DNA of 64,000 nt from the human T2T-CHM13v2.0 reference genome, Homo sapiens, in the NCBI RefSeq assembly GCF_009914755.1, contig NC_060929.1. One strand, 5' to 3'. The notes below the pieces were generated by a model, which was not told the DNA's origin, searched no databases, and was given only the letters and a program-made list of their open reading frames with translations. The position numbers and the translations under genes were made by a program. Positions within the stretch are counted from its first letter, which is position 1. Every line of letters starts with the position of its first letter. This document shows, one piece after another, positions 40,401 through 55,400 of the stretch.

Positions 40401-43400
40401 ATCCACTTGCAGATTCTACAAAAATAGTGCTTCAAAACTACTCTATGGAAAGGTATGTTCAACACTGTGAGATGAATGCAAACGTCACAAAGAAGTTGCT
40501 GAGAATGCTTCAGTCTACTTTCTATGGGAAGACATTTCCTTTTGCACCACAGCCCTCAAAGCACTCCAAATGTCTACTTGCAGATTCGATAAAAGAGTAT
40601 TACAAAACTGCTCTATCAAAACAAAGGTTCAACGCTGTGAGTTGAATCCACATATCACGAAAAAGTTTCTGAGAATGCCTCTATCTACTTTTTATGTGAA
40701 GATATTCCGGATTCCAACGAAGGCCTGAAAGCGCTCCAAATATCTACTTGCAGATTCTAGAAAAAGAGTGTTTCAAAACTGCTCTATTAAAGGAAGGTTC
40801 AACTCTGTGAGTTGAATTCACACATCACAAAGAACTTTCTGACAATGCTTCTATCTAGTTTTTATGTGAAGATATTACTGTTTCCTATGAAGGCCTCAAA
40901 GTGGTCCGAATATCCACTTGCAGATTCTACAAAAAGAGGTTTTTAAAACTGCTCTATGCAGAGGTATGTTCAACCCTGTGAGTTGAATGCAAACATCACG
41001 AAGCAGTTTCTCAGAATGCTTCTGTCTAGTTTTTAGGGGCAGATATTTCCGTTGGCACAATAGCCCTCATAGCGCTCCAAATATCCACTGGCAGATTCTA
41101 CCAAAAGAGTGTTTCAAAACTGCTCTGTGAAAAGAAACGTTCAACTGTGTTAGTTGAATGCCCACATCACAAAGAAGATTCTGAGAATATTTCTGTCTAG
41201 TTTTTATTAGAAGATATTCCCGTTTCCACCAAAGGACACAAAGCGAAGCCAACTATCCGCTTGCAGATCTTACAAAAACACGTTTCAAAACTGCTCTATC
41301 AAAGGAAAGGTTCATCTCTCTGGGTTCAACGCACACATCACAAAGAAGTTTCTGAGAATGCTTCTGGCTAGTTTGTGTGTGAAGATATTCCCATTTCCAA
41401 CAAAGGCTTCAAAGCCCTCCAAATATTCACCTGCAATTGTTCAAAAGAGTGTTTCAAAACTGTTCTATCAAAAGGAAGGTTCAACTCTGTGAGTTGAATG
41501 GACGCTTCACATAAATGGTTCTTAGAATGCTTCTTTCTAGTTTTTATGTGAAGATATTTCCTTCTCCACCATAGCCCTCAAAGCGCTCCAAGTGTCCGCT
41601 GGCAGATTCCACAGAAACAGTGTTTCAAAACTGCTCTAACAAAAGAAAGATTCAACTCCGTGATTTGAATGCACAAATCACAAAGCATTTTCTGTGAATC
41701 CTTCTGTCTAGTTTTTATATGAGGATATTTCCTTTTCTACCACAGGCATCCAAGCGTTCCAATTCTCCAATTGTAGATTGCACAAACAGAGTGTTTCAAA
41801 ACTGCTCCATGAGAAGGAAGATGCAAATTTGGGAGTACAATGCACACATCACGAAGAAGTTTCTGAGAATGCTTCTGTCTAGTTTATATGTGAAGGTATT
41901 CCCGTTTCCAGCAAAGGTCTCAAAGCGGTCCAAATATCCACTTGCGGATACCACAAACAGAGTGTTTCAAAACTGCTCTACGGAAAGGTATGTTCAACTC
42001 TGTGAGTTTACTGCAAACATCCTAAAGAAGTTTCTGGGAATGCTGCTGTCTAGTTTAATGTGAATATATTTTCTTTTCCGCCATAGCCCTCAAAGAGCTC
42101 CAAATATCCACTTTCAGATTCTACAGAGTGTTTCAAAACTGCTCTATCCAAAAAAAGTTTCAACTCGGTGAGTCGAATGCACATATCACAAAGCAGTTTC
42201 TGAGAATGCTTTCCTCTATTTTTCCCAGGAAGATATTTCCTTTTGGACCGTAGGCCTCAAATCGCTCCAGATATCCACATGCAGATTCTACAAAAAGAGT
42301 GTTTCCAAACTGCCCTATCAAAAGGAAGGTTCAACTCTGGTAGTTGAATGCAAACATCACAAAGAAGTTTCTCAGAATGCTTCTGTCTAGTTGTCATAGG
42401 CAGATATTTCTTTTTCTACCGTAGGCCTCAAAGCGCTCCAAATATCCACTTGCAGATCCTCCGAAAACAGTGTTTCAAAACTGCTCCATAAAAAGGAAGG
42501 TTCAACTCTGTGAGTTGAATGGACAGACCACAAAGAAGTTTCTGAGAATGCTTCTGTCTAGTGTTTATGTGAAGATATTCCCGTTTCCGATGAAGGCCTC
42601 AAAGCAGTCCAAATATCCACTTGCAGATTCTACAAAAATAGTGCTTCAAAACTACTCTATGGAAAGGTATGTTCAACACTGTGAGATGAATGCAAACGTC
42701 ACAAAGAAGTTGCTGAGAATGCTTCAATCTAGTTTCTATGGGAAGACATTTCCTTTTGCACCACAGCCCTCAAAGCACTCCAAATGTCTACTTGCAGATT
42801 CGATAAAAGAGTTTTACAAAACTGCTCTATCAAAAGAAAGGTTCAACGCTGTGAGTTGAATCCACATATCACGAAAAAGTTTCTGAGAATGCCTCTATCT
42901 ACTTTTTATGTGAAGATATTCCGGTTTCCAACGAAGGCCTCAAAGCGCTCCAAATATCTACTTGCAGATTCTAGAAAAAGAGTGTTTCAAAACTGCTCTA
43001 TTAAAGGAAGGTTCAACTCTGTGAGTTGAATTCACACATCACAAAGAACTTTCTGACAATGCTTCTATCTAGTTTTTATGTGAAGATATTACTGTTTCCT
43101 ATGAAGGCCTCAAAGTGGTCCGAATATCCACTTGCAGATTCTACAAAAAGAGGTTTTCAAAACTGCTCTATGCAGAGGTATGTTCAACCCTGTGAGTTGA
43201 ATGCAAACATCACGAAGCAGTTTCTGAGAATGCTTCTGTCTAGTTTTTAGGGGCAGATATTTCCGTTGGCACAAGAGCCCTCAAAGCGCTCCAAATATCC
43301 ACTGGCAGATTCTACCAAAAGAGTGTTTCAAAACTGCTCTGTGAAAAGAAACGTTCAACTGTGTTAGTTGAATGCCCACATCACAAAGAAGATTCTGAGA

Positions 43401-46400
43401 ATATTTCTGTCTAGTTTTTATTAGAAGATATTCCCGTTTCCACCAAAGGACACAAAGCGAAGCCAACTATCCGCTTGCAGATCTTACAAAAACACGTTTC
43501 AAAACTGCTCTATCAAAGGAAAGGTTCATCTCTCTGGGTTCAACGCACACATCACAAAGAAGTTTCTGAGAATGCTTCTGGCTAGTTTGTGTGTGAAGAT
43601 ATTCCCATTTCCAACAAAGGCTTCAAAGCCCTCCAAATATTCACCTGCAATTGTTCAAAAGAGTGTTTCAAAACTGTTCTATCAAAAGGAAGGTTCAACT
43701 CTGTGAGTTGAATGCACGCTTCACATAAATGGTTCTGAGAATGCTTCTTTCTAGTTTTTATGTGAAGATATTTCCTTCTCCACCATAGCCCTCAAAGCGC
43801 TCCAAGTGTCCGCTGGCAGATTCCACAGAAACAGTGTTTCAAAACTGCTCTAACAAAAGAAAGATTCAACTCCGTGATTTGAATGCACACATCACAAAGC
43901 ATTTTCTGTGAATCCTTCTGTCTAGTTTTTATATGAGGATATTTCCTTTTCTACCACGGGCATCCAAGCGTTCCAATTCTCCAATTGTAGATTGCACAAA
44001 CAGAGTGTTTCAAAACTGCTCCATGAGAAGGAAGATTCAAATTTGGGAGTACAATGCACACATCACGAAGAAGTTTCTGAGAATGCTTCTGTCTAGTTTA
44101 TATGTGAAGATATTCCCGTTTCCAGCAAAGGTCTCAAAGCGGTCCAAAATCCAATTGCGGATCCCACAAACAGAGTGTTTCAAAACTGCTCTACGGAAAG
44201 GTATGTTCAACTCTGTGAGTTTACTGCAAACATCCTAAAGAATTTTCTGGGAATTCTGCTGTCTAGTTTAATGTGAATATATTTTCTTTTCCGCCATAGC
44301 CCTCAAAGAGCTCCAAATATCCACTTTCAGATTCTACAGAGTGTTTCAAAACTTCTCTATCAAAAAAAAGTTTCAACTCGGTGAGTCGAATGCACATATC
44401 AGAAAGCAGTTTCTGAGAATGCTTTCGTCTATTTTTCCCAGGAAGATATTTCCTTTTGGACCGTAGGCCTCAAATCGCTCCAGATATCCACATCCAGACT
44501 CTACAAAAAGAGTGTTTCCAAACTGCCCTATCAAAAGGAAGGTTCAACTCTGGTAGTTGAATGCAAACATCACAAAGAAGTTTCTCAGAATGCTTCTGTC
44601 TAGTTGTCATAGGCAGATATTTCTTTTTCTACCATAGGCCTCAAAGTGCTCCAAATATCCACTTGCAGATCCTCCGAAAACAGTGTTTCAAAACTGCTCC
44701 ATAAAAAGGAAGGTTCAACTCTGTGAGTTGAATGGACAGACCACAAAGAAGTTTCTGAGAATGCTTCTGTCTAGTGTTTATGTGAAGATATTCCCGTTTC
44801 CGATGAAGGCCTCAAAGCAGTCCAAATATCCACTTGCAGATTCTACAAAAATAGTGCTTCAAAACTACTCTATGGAAAGGTATGTTCAACACTGTGAGAT
44901 GAATGCAAACGTCACAAAGAAGTTGCTGAGAATGCTTCAGTCTACTTTCTATGGGAAGACATTTCCTTTTGCACCACAGCCCTCAAAGCACTCCAAATGT
45001 CTACTTGCAGATTCGATAAAAGAGTTTTACAAAACTGCTCTATCAAAAGAAAGGTTCAACGCTGTGAGTTGAATCCACATATCACGAAAAAGTTTCTGAG
45101 AATGCCTCTATCTACTTTTTATGTGAAGATATTCCGGTTTCCAACGAAGGCCTCAAAGCCCTCCAAATATCTACTTGCAGATTCTAGAAAAAGAGTGTTT
45201 CAAAACTGCTCTAATAAAGGAAGGTTCAACTCTGTGAGTTGAATTCACACATCACAAAGAACTTTCTGACAATGCTTCTATCTAGTTTTTATGTGAAGAT
45301 ATTACTGTTTCCTATGAAATCCTCAAAGTGGTCCGAATATCCACTTGCAGATTCTACAAAAAGAGGTTTTCAAAACTGCTCTATGCAGAGGTATGTTCAA
45401 CCCTGTGAGTTGAATGCAAACATCACGAAGCAGTTTCTGAGAATGCTTCTGTCTAGTTTTTAGGGGCAGATATTTCCGTTGGCACAATAGCCCTCAAAGC
45501 GCTCCAAATATCCACTGGCAGATTCTACCAAAAGAATGTTTCAAAACTGCTCTGTGAAAAGAAACGTTCAATTGTGTTAGTTGAATGCCCACATCACAAA
45601 GAAGATTCTGAGAATATTTCTGTCTAGTTTTTATTAGAAGATATTCCCGTTTCCACCAAAGGACACAAAGCGAAGCCAACTATCCGCTTGCAGATCTTAC
45701 AAAAACACGTTTCAAAACTGCTCTATCAAAGGAAAGGTTCATCTCTCTGGGTTCAACGCACACATCACAAAGAAGTTTCTGAGAATGCTTCTGGCTAGTT
45801 TGTGTGTGAAGATATTCCCATTTCCAACAAAGGCTTCAAAGCCCTCCAAATATTCACCTGCAATTGTTCAAAAGAGTGTTTCAAAACTGTTCTATCAAAA
45901 GGAAGGTTCAACTCTGTGAGTTGAATGCACGCTTCACATAAATGGTTCTGAGAATGCTTCTTTCTAGTTTTTATGTGAAGATATTTCCTTCTCCACCATA
46001 GCCCTCAAAGCGCTCCAAGTGTCCGCTGGCAGATTCCACAGAAACAGTGTTTCAAAACTGCTCTAACAAAAGAAAGATTCAACTCCGTGATTTGAATGCA
46101 CAAATCACAAAGCATTTTCTGTGAATCCTTCTGTCTAGTTTTTATATGAGGATATTTCCTTTTCTACCACAGGCATCCAAGCGTTCCAATTCTCCAATTG
46201 TAGATTGCACAAACAGAGTGTTTCAAAACTGCTCCATGAGAAGGAAGATGCAAATTTGGGAGTACAATGCACACATCACGAAGAAGTTTCTGAGAATGCT
46301 TCTGTCTAGTTTATATGTGAAGGTATTCCCGTTTCCAGCAAAGGTCTCAAAGCGGTCCAAATATCCACTTGCGGATCCCACAAACAGAGTGTTTCAAAGC

Positions 46401-49400
46401 TGCTCTACGGAAAGGTATGTTCAACTCTGTGAGTTTACTGCAAACATCCTAAAGAAGTTTCTGGGAATGCTGCTGTCTAGTTTAATGTGAATATATTTTC
46501 TTTTCCGCCATAGCCCTCAAAGAGCTCCAAATATCCACTTTCAGATTCTACAGAGTGTTTCAAAACTGCTCTATCCAAAAAAAGTTTCAACTCGGTGAGT
46601 CGAATGCACATATCACAAAGCAGTTTCTGAGAATGCTTTCCTCTATTTTTCCCAGGAAGATATTTCCTTTTGGACCGTAGGCCTCAAATCGCTCCAGATA
46701 TCCACATGCAGATTCTACAAAAAGAGTGTTTCCAAACTGCCCTATCAAAAGGAAGGTTCAACTCTGGTAGTTGAATGCAAACATCACAAAGAAGTTTCTC
46801 AGAATGCTTCTGTCTAGTTGTCATAGGCAGATAGTTCTTTTTCTACCGTAGGCCTCAAAGCGCTCCAAATATCCACTTGCAGATCCTCCGAAAACAGTGT
46901 TTCAAAACTGCTCCATAAAAAGGAAGGTTCAACTCTGTGAGTTGAATGGACAGACCACAAAGAAGTTTCTGAGAATGCTTCTGTCTAGTGTTTATGTGAA
47001 GATATTCCCGTTTCCGATGAAGGCCTCAAAGCAGTCCAAATATCCACTTGCAGATTCTACAAAAATAGTGCTTCAAAACTACTCTATGGAAAGGTATGTT
47101 CAACACTGTGAGATGAATGCAAACGTCACAAAGAAGTTGCTGAGAATGCTTCAATCTAGTTTCTATGGGAAGACATTTCCTTTTGCACCACAGCCCTCAA
47201 AGCACTCCAAATGTCTACTTGCAGATTCGATAAAAGAGTTTTACAAAACTGCTCTATCAAAAGAAAGGTTCAACGCTGTGAGTTGAATCCACATATCACG
47301 AAAAAGTTTCTGAGAATGCCTCTATCTACTTTTTATGTGAAGATATTCCGGTTTCCAACGAAGGCCTCAAAGCGCTCCAAATATCTACTTGCAGATTCTA
47401 GAAAAAGAGTGTTTCAAAACTGCTCTATTAAAGGAAGGTTCAACTCTGTGAGTTGAATTCACACATCACAAAGAACTTTCTGACAATGCTTCTATCTAGT
47501 TTTTATGTGAAGATATTACTGTTTCCTATGAAGGCCTCAAAGTGGTCCGAATATCCACTTGCAGATTCTACAAAAAGAGGTTTTCAAAACTGCTCTATGC
47601 AGAGGTATGTTCAACCCTGTGAGTTGAATGCAAACATCACGAAGCAGTTTCTGAGAATGCTTCTGTCTAGTTTTTAGGGGCAGATATTTCCGTTGGCACA
47701 ATAGCCCTCATAGCGCTCCAAATATCCACTGGCAGATTCTACCAAAAGAGTGTTTCAAAACTGCTCTGTGAAAAGAAACGTTCAACTGTGTTAGTTGAAT
47801 GCCCACATCACAAAGAAGATTCTGAGAATATTTCTGTCTAGTTTTTATTAGAAGATATTCCCGTTTCCACCAAAGGACACAAAGCGAAGCCAACTATCCG
47901 CTTGCAGATCTTACAAAAACACGTTTCAAAACTGCTCTATCAAAGGAAAGGTTCATCTCTCTGGGTTCAACGCACACATCACAAAGAAGTTTCTGAGAAT
48001 GCTTCTGGCTAGTTTGTGTGTGAAGATATTCCCATTTCCAACAAAGGCTTCAAAGCCCTCCAAATATTCACCTGCAATTGTTCAAAAGAGTGTTTCAAAA
48101 CTGTTCTATCAAAAGGAAGGTTCAACTCTGTGAGTTGAAAGGACGCTTCACATAAATGGTTCTGAGAATGCTTCTTTCTAGTTTTTATGTGAAGATATTT
48201 CCTTCTCCACCATAGCCCTCAAAGCGCTCCAAGTGTCCGCTGGCAGATTCCACAGAAACAGTGTTTCAAAACTGCTCTAACAAAAGAAAGATTCAACTCC
48301 GTGATTTGAATGCACAAATCACAAAGCATTTTCTGTGAATCCTTCTGTCTAGTTTTTATATGAGGATATTTCCTTTTCTACCACAGGCATCCAAGCGTTC
48401 CAATTCTCCAATTGTAGATTGCACAAACAGAGTGTTTCAAAACTGCTCCATGAGAAGGAAGATGCAAATTTGGGAGTACAATGCACACATCACGAAGAAG
48501 TTTCTGAGAATGCTTCTGTCTAGTTTATATGTGAAGGTATTCCCGTTTCCAGCAAAGGTCTCAAAGCGGTCCAAATATCCACTTGCGGATACCACAAACA
48601 GAGTGTTTCAAAACTGCTCTACGGAAAGGTATGTTCAACTCTGTGAGTTTACTGCAAACATCCTAAAGAAGTTTCTGGGAATGCTGCTGTCTAGTTTAAT
48701 GTGAATATATTTTCTTTTCCGCCATAGCCCTCAAAGAGCTCCAAATATCCACTTTCAGATTCTACAGAGTGTTTCAAAACTGCTCTATCCAAAAAAAGTT
48801 TCAACTCGGTGAGTCGAATGCACATATCACAAAGCAGTTTCTGAGAATGCTTTCCTCTATTTTTCCCAGGAAGATATTTCCTTTTGGACCGTAGGCCTCA
48901 AATCGCTCCAGATATCCACATGCAGATTCTACAAAAAGAGTGTTTCCAAACTGCCCTATCAAAAGGAAGGTTCAACTCTGGTAGTTGAATGCAAACATCA
49001 CAAAGAAGTTTCTCAGAATGCTTCTGTCTAGTTGTCATAGGCAGATAGTTCTTTTTCTACCGTAGGCCTCAAAGCGCTCCAAATATCCACTTGCAGATCC
49101 TCCAAAAACAGTGTTTCAAAACTGCTCCATAAAAAGGAAGGTTCAACTCTGTGAGTTGAATGGACAGACCACAAAGAAGTTTCTGAGAATGCTTCTGTCT
49201 AGTGTTTATGTGAAGATATTCCCGTTTCCGATGAAGGCCTCAAAGCAGTCCAAATATCCACTTGCAGATTCTACAAAAATAGTGCTTCAAAACTACTCTA
49301 TGGAAAGGTATGTTCAACACTGTGAGATGAATGCAAACGTCACAAAGAAGTTGCTGAGAATGCTTCAATCTAGTTTCTATGGGAAGACATTTCCTTTTGC

Positions 49401-52400
49401 ACCACAGCCCTCAAAGCACTCCAAATGTCTACTTGCAGATTCGATAAAAGAGTTTTACAAAACTGCTCTATCAAAAGAAAGGTTCAACGCTGTGAGTTGA
49501 ATCCACATATCACGAAAAAGTTTCTGAGAATGCCTCTATCTACTTTTTATGTGAAGATATTCCGGTTTCCAACGAAGGCCTCAAAGCGCTCCAAATATCT
49601 ACTTGCAGATTCTAGAAAAAGAGTGTTTCAAAACTGCTCTATTAAAGGAAGGTTCAACTCTGTGAGTTGAATTCACACATCACAAAGAACTTTCTGACAA
49701 TGCTTCTATCTAGTTTTTATGTGAAGATATTACTGTTTCCTATGAAGGCCTCAAAGTGGTCCGAATATCCACTTGCAGATTCTACAAAAAGAGGTTTTCA
49801 AAACTGCTCTATGCAGAGGTATGTTCAAGTCTGTGAGTTGAATGCAAACATCACGAAGCAGTTTCTGAGAATGCTTCTGTCTAGTTTTTAGGGGCAGATA
49901 TTTCCGTTGGCACAATAGCCCTCAAAGCGCTCCAAATATCCACTGGCAGATTCTACCAAAAGAGTGTTTCAAAACTGCTCTGTGAAAAGAAACGTTCAAC
50001 TCTGTTAGTTGAATGCCCACATCACAAAGAAGATTCTGAGAATATTTCTGTCTAGTTTTTATTAGAAGATATTCCCGTTTCCACCAAAGGACACAAAGCG
50101 AAGCCAACTATCCGCTTGCAGACCTTACAAAAACACGTTTCAAAACTGCTCTATCAAAGGAAAGGTTCATCTCTCTGGGTTCAACGCACACATCACAAAG
50201 AAGTTTCTGAGAATGCTTCTGGCTAGTTTGTGTGTGAAGATATTCCCATTTCCAACAAAGGCTTCAAAGCCCTCCAAATATTCACCTGCAATTGTTCAAA
50301 AGAGTGTTTCAAAACTGTTCTATCAAAAGGAAGGTTCAACTCTGTGAGTTGAATGCACGCTTCACATAAATGGTTCTGAGAATGCTTCTTTCTAGTTTTT
50401 ATGTGAAGATATTTCCTTCTCCACCATAGCCCTCAAAGCGCTCCAAGTGTCCGCTGGCAGATTCCACAGAAGCAGTGTTTCAAAACTGCTCTAACAAAAG
50501 AAAGATTCAACTCCGTGATTTGAATGCACACATCACAAAGCATTTTCTGTGAATCCTTCTGTCTAGTTTTTATATGAGGATATTTCCTTTTCTACCACGG
50601 GCATCCAAGCGTTCCAATTCTCCAATTGTAGATTGCACAAACAGAGTGTTTCAAAACTGCTCCATGAGAAGGAAGATTCAAATTTGGGAGTACAATGCAC
50701 ACATCACGAAGAAGTTTCTGAGAATGCTTCTGTCTAGTTTATATGTGAAGATATTCCCGTTTCCAGCAAAGGTCTCAAAGCGGTCCAAATATCCACTTGC
50801 GGATCCCACAAACAGAGTGTTTCAAAACTGCTCTACGGAAAGGTATGTTCAACTCTGTGAGTTTACTGCAAACATCCTAAAGAAGTTTCTGGGAATGCTG
50901 CTGTCTAGTTTAATGTGAATATCTTTTCTTTTCCGCCATAGCCCTCAAAGAGCTCCAAATATCCACCTTCAGATTCTACAGAGTGTTTCAAAACTGCTCT
51001 ATCCAAAAAAAGTTTCAACTCGGTGAGTCGAATGCACATATCACAAAGCAGTTTCTGAGAATGCTTTCGTCTATTTTTCCCAGGAAGATATTTCCTTTTG
51101 GACCGTAGGCCTCAAATCGCTCCAGATATCCACATGCAGATTCTACAAAAAGAGTGTTTCCAAACTGCCCTATCAAAAGGAAGGTTCAACTCTGGTAGTT
51201 GAATGCAAACATCACAAAGAAGTTTCTCAGAATGCTTCTGTCTAGTTGTCATAGGCAGATATTTCTTTTTCTACGATGGGCCTCAAAGCGCTCCAAATAT
51301 CCACTTGCAGATCCTCCAAAAACAGTGTTTCAAAACTGCTCCATAAAAAGGAAGGTTCAACTCTGTGAGTTGAATGGACAGACCACAAAGAAGTTTCTGA
51401 GAATGCTTCTGTCTAGTGTTTATGTGAAGATATTCCCGTTTCCGATGAAGGCCTCAAAGCAGTCCAAATATCCACTTGCAGATTCTACAAAAATAGTGCT
51501 TCAAAACTACTCTATGGAAAGGTATGTTCAACACTGTGAGATGAATGCAAACGTCACAAAGAAGTTGCTGAGAATGCTTCAGTCTAGTTTCTATGGGAAG
51601 ACATTTCCTTTGGCACCACAGCCCTCAAAGCACTCCAAATGTCTACTTGCAGATTCGACAAACGAGTTTTACAAAACTGCTCTATCAAAAGAAAGGTTCA
51701 ACGCTGTGAGTTGAATCCACATATCACGAAAAAGTTTCTGAGAATGCCTCTACCTACTTTTTATGTGAAGATATTCCGGTTTCCAACGAAGGCCTCAAAG
51801 CGCTCCAAATATCTACTTGCAGATTCTAGAAAAAGAGTGTTTCAAAACTGCTCTATTAAAGGAAGGTTCAACTCTGTGAGTTGAATTCACACATCACAAA
51901 GAACTTTCTGACAATGCTTCTATCTAGTTTTTATGTGAAGATATTACTGTTTCCTATGAAGGCCTCAATGTGGTCCGAATATCCACTTGCAGATTCTACA
52001 AAAAGAGGTTTTCAAAACTGCTCTATGAAGAGGTATGTTCAAGTCTGTGAGTTGAATGCAAACATCACGAAGCAGTTTCTGAGAATGCTTCTGTCTAGTT
52101 TTTAGGGGCAGATATTTCCGTTGGCACAATAGCCCTCAAAGCGCTCCAAATATCCACTGACAGATTCTACCAAAAGAGTGTTTCAAAACTGCTCTGTGAA
52201 AAGAAACGTTCAACTGTGTTAGTTGAATGCCCACATCACAAAGAAGATTCTGAGAATATTTCTGTCTAGTTTTTATTAGAAGATATTCCCGTTTCCAGCA
52301 AAGGACACAAAGCGAAGCCAACTATCCGCTTGCAGATCTTACAAAAACACGTTTCAAAACTGCTCTTTCAAAGGAAAGGTTCATCTCTCTGGGTTCAACG

Positions 52401-55400
52401 CACACATCACAAAGAAGTTTCTGAGAATGCTTCTGGCTAGTTTGTGTGTGAAGATATTCCCATTTCCAACAAAGGCTTCAAAGCCCTCCAAATATTCACC
52501 TGCAATTGTTCAAAAGAGTGTTTCAAAACTGTTCTATCAAAAGGAAGGTTCAACTCTGTGAGTTGAATGCACGCTTCACATAAATGGTTCTGAGAATGCT
52601 TCTTTCTAGTTTTTATGTGAAGATATTTCCTTCTCCACCATAACCCTCAAAGCGCTCCAAGTGTCCGCTGGCAGATTCCACAGAAACAGTGTTTCAAAAC
52701 TGCTCTAACAAAAGAAAGATTCAACTCCGTGATTTGAATGCACACATCACAAAGCATTTTCTGTGAATCCTTCTGTCTAGTTTTTATATGAGGATATTTC
52801 CTTTTCTACCACGGTCATCCAAGCGTTCCAATTCTCCAATTGTAGATTGCACAAACAGAGTGTTTCAAAACTGCTCCATGAGAAGGAAGATTCAAATTTG
52901 GGAGTACAATGCACACATCACGAAGAAGTTTCTGAGAATGCTTCAGTCTAGTTTATATGTGAAGATATTCCCGTTTCCAGCAAAGGTCTCAAAGCGGTCC
53001 AAATATCCACTTGCGGATCCCACAAACAGAGTGTTTCAAAACTGCTCTACGGAAAGGTATGTTCAACACTGTGAGTTTACTGCAAAAATCCTAAAGAAGT
53101 TTCTGGGAATGCTGCTGTCTAGTTTAATGTGAATATCTTTTCTTTTCCGCCATAGCCCTCAAAGAGCTCCAAATATCCACTTTCAGATTCTACAGAGTGT
53201 TTCAAAACTGCTCTATCCAAAAAAAGTTTCAACTCGGTGAGTCGAATGCACATATCACAAAGCAGTTTCTGAGAATACTTTCGTCTATTTTTCCCAGGAA
53301 GATATTTCCTTTTGGACCGTAGGCCTCAAATCGCTCCAGATATCCACATGCAGATTCTACAAAAAGACTGTTTCCAAACTGCCCTATCAAAAGGAAGGTT
53401 CAACTCTGGTAGTTGAATGCAAACATCACAAAGAAGTTTCTCAGAATGCTTCTGTCTAGTTGTCATAGGCAGATATTTCTTTTTCTACCATGGGCCTCAA
53501 AGCGCTCCAAATATCCACTTGCAGATCCTCCAAAAACAGTGTTTCAAAACTGCTCCATAAAAAGGAAGGTTCAACTCTGTGAGTTGAATGGACAGACCAC
53601 AAAGAAGTTTCTGAGAATGCTTCTGTCTAGTGTTTATGTGAAGATATTCCCGTTTCCGATGAAGGCCTCAAAGCAGTCCAAATATCCACTTGCAGATTCT
53701 ACAAAAATAGTGCTTCAAAACTACTCTATGGAAAGGTATGTTCAACACTGTGAGATGAATGCAAACGTCACAAAGAAGTTGCTGAGAAGGCTTCAGTCTA
53801 GTTTCTATGGGAAGACATTTCCTTTTGCACCACAGCCCCCAAAGCACTCCAAATGTCTACTTGCAGATTCGATAAAAGAGTTTTACAACACTGCTCTATC
53901 AAAAGAAAGGTTCAACGCTGTGAGTTGAATCCACATATCACGAAAAAGTTTCTGAGAATGCCTCTATCTACGTTTTATGTGAAGATATTCCGGATTCCAA
54001 CGAAGGCCTCAAAGCGCTCCAAATATCTACTTGCAGATTCTAGAAAAAGAGTGTTTCAAAACTGCTCTATTAAAGGAAGGTTCAACTCTGTGAGTTGAAT
54101 TCACACATCACAAAGAACTTTCTGACAATGCTTCTATCTAGTTTTTATGTGAAGATATTACTGTTTCCTATGAAGGCCTCAAAGTGGTCCGAATATCCAC
54201 TTGCAGATTCTACAAAAAGAGGTTTTCAAAACTGCTCTATGAAGAGGTATGTTCAAGTCTGTGAGTTGAATGCAAACATCACGAAGCAGTTTCTGAGAAT
54301 GCTTCTGTCTACTTTTTAGGGGCAGATATTTCCGTTGGCACAATAGCCCTCAAAGCGCTCCAAATATCCACTGGCAGATTCTACCAAAAGAGTGTTTCAA
54401 AACTGCTCTGTGAAAAGAAACGTTCAACTGTGTTTGTTGAATGCCCACATCACAAAGAAGATTCTGAGAATATTTCTGTCTAGTTTTTATTAGAAGATAT
54501 TCCCGTTTCCACCAAAGGACACACAGCGAAGCCAACTATCCGCTTGCAGATCTTACAAAAACACGTTTCAAAACTGCTCTTTCAAAGGAAAGGTTCATCT
54601 CTCTGGGTTCAACGCACACATCACAAAGAAGTTTCTGAGAATGCTTCTGGCTAGTTTGTGTGTGAAGATATTCCCATTTCCAACAAAGGCTTCAAAGCCC
54701 TCCAAATATTCACCTGCAATTGTTCAAAAGAGTGTTTCAAAACTGTTCTATCAAAAGGAAGGTTCAACTCTGTGAGTTGAATGCACGCTTCACATAAATG
54801 GTTCTGAGAATGCTTCTTTCTAGTTTTTATGTGAAGATATTTCCTTCTCCACCATAGCCCTCAAAGCGCTCCAAGTGTCCCCTGGCAGATTCCACAGAAA
54901 CAGTGTTTCAAAACTGCTCTAACAAAAGAAAGATTCAACTCCGTGATTTGAATGCACACATCACAAAGCATTTTCTGTGAATCCTTCTGTCTAGTTTTTG
55001 TATGAGGATATTTCCTTTTCTACCACGGGCATCCAAGCGTTCCAATTCTCCAATTGTAGATTGCACAAACAGAGTGTTTCAAAACTGCTCCATGAGAAGG
55101 AAGATTCAAATTTGGGAGTACAATGCACACATCACGAAGAAGTTTCTGAGAATGCTTCTGTCTAGTTTATATGTGAAGATATTCCCGTTTCCAGCAAAGG
55201 TCTCAAAGCGGTCCAAATATCCACTTGCGGATCCCACAAACAGAGTGTTTCAAAACTGCTCTACGGAAAGGTATGTTCAACTCTGTGAGTTTACTGCAAA
55301 CATCCTAAAGAAGTTTCTGGGAATGCTGCTGTCTAGTTTAATGTGAATATCTTTTCTTTTCCGCCATAGCCCTCAAAGAGCTCCAAATATCCACCTTCAG

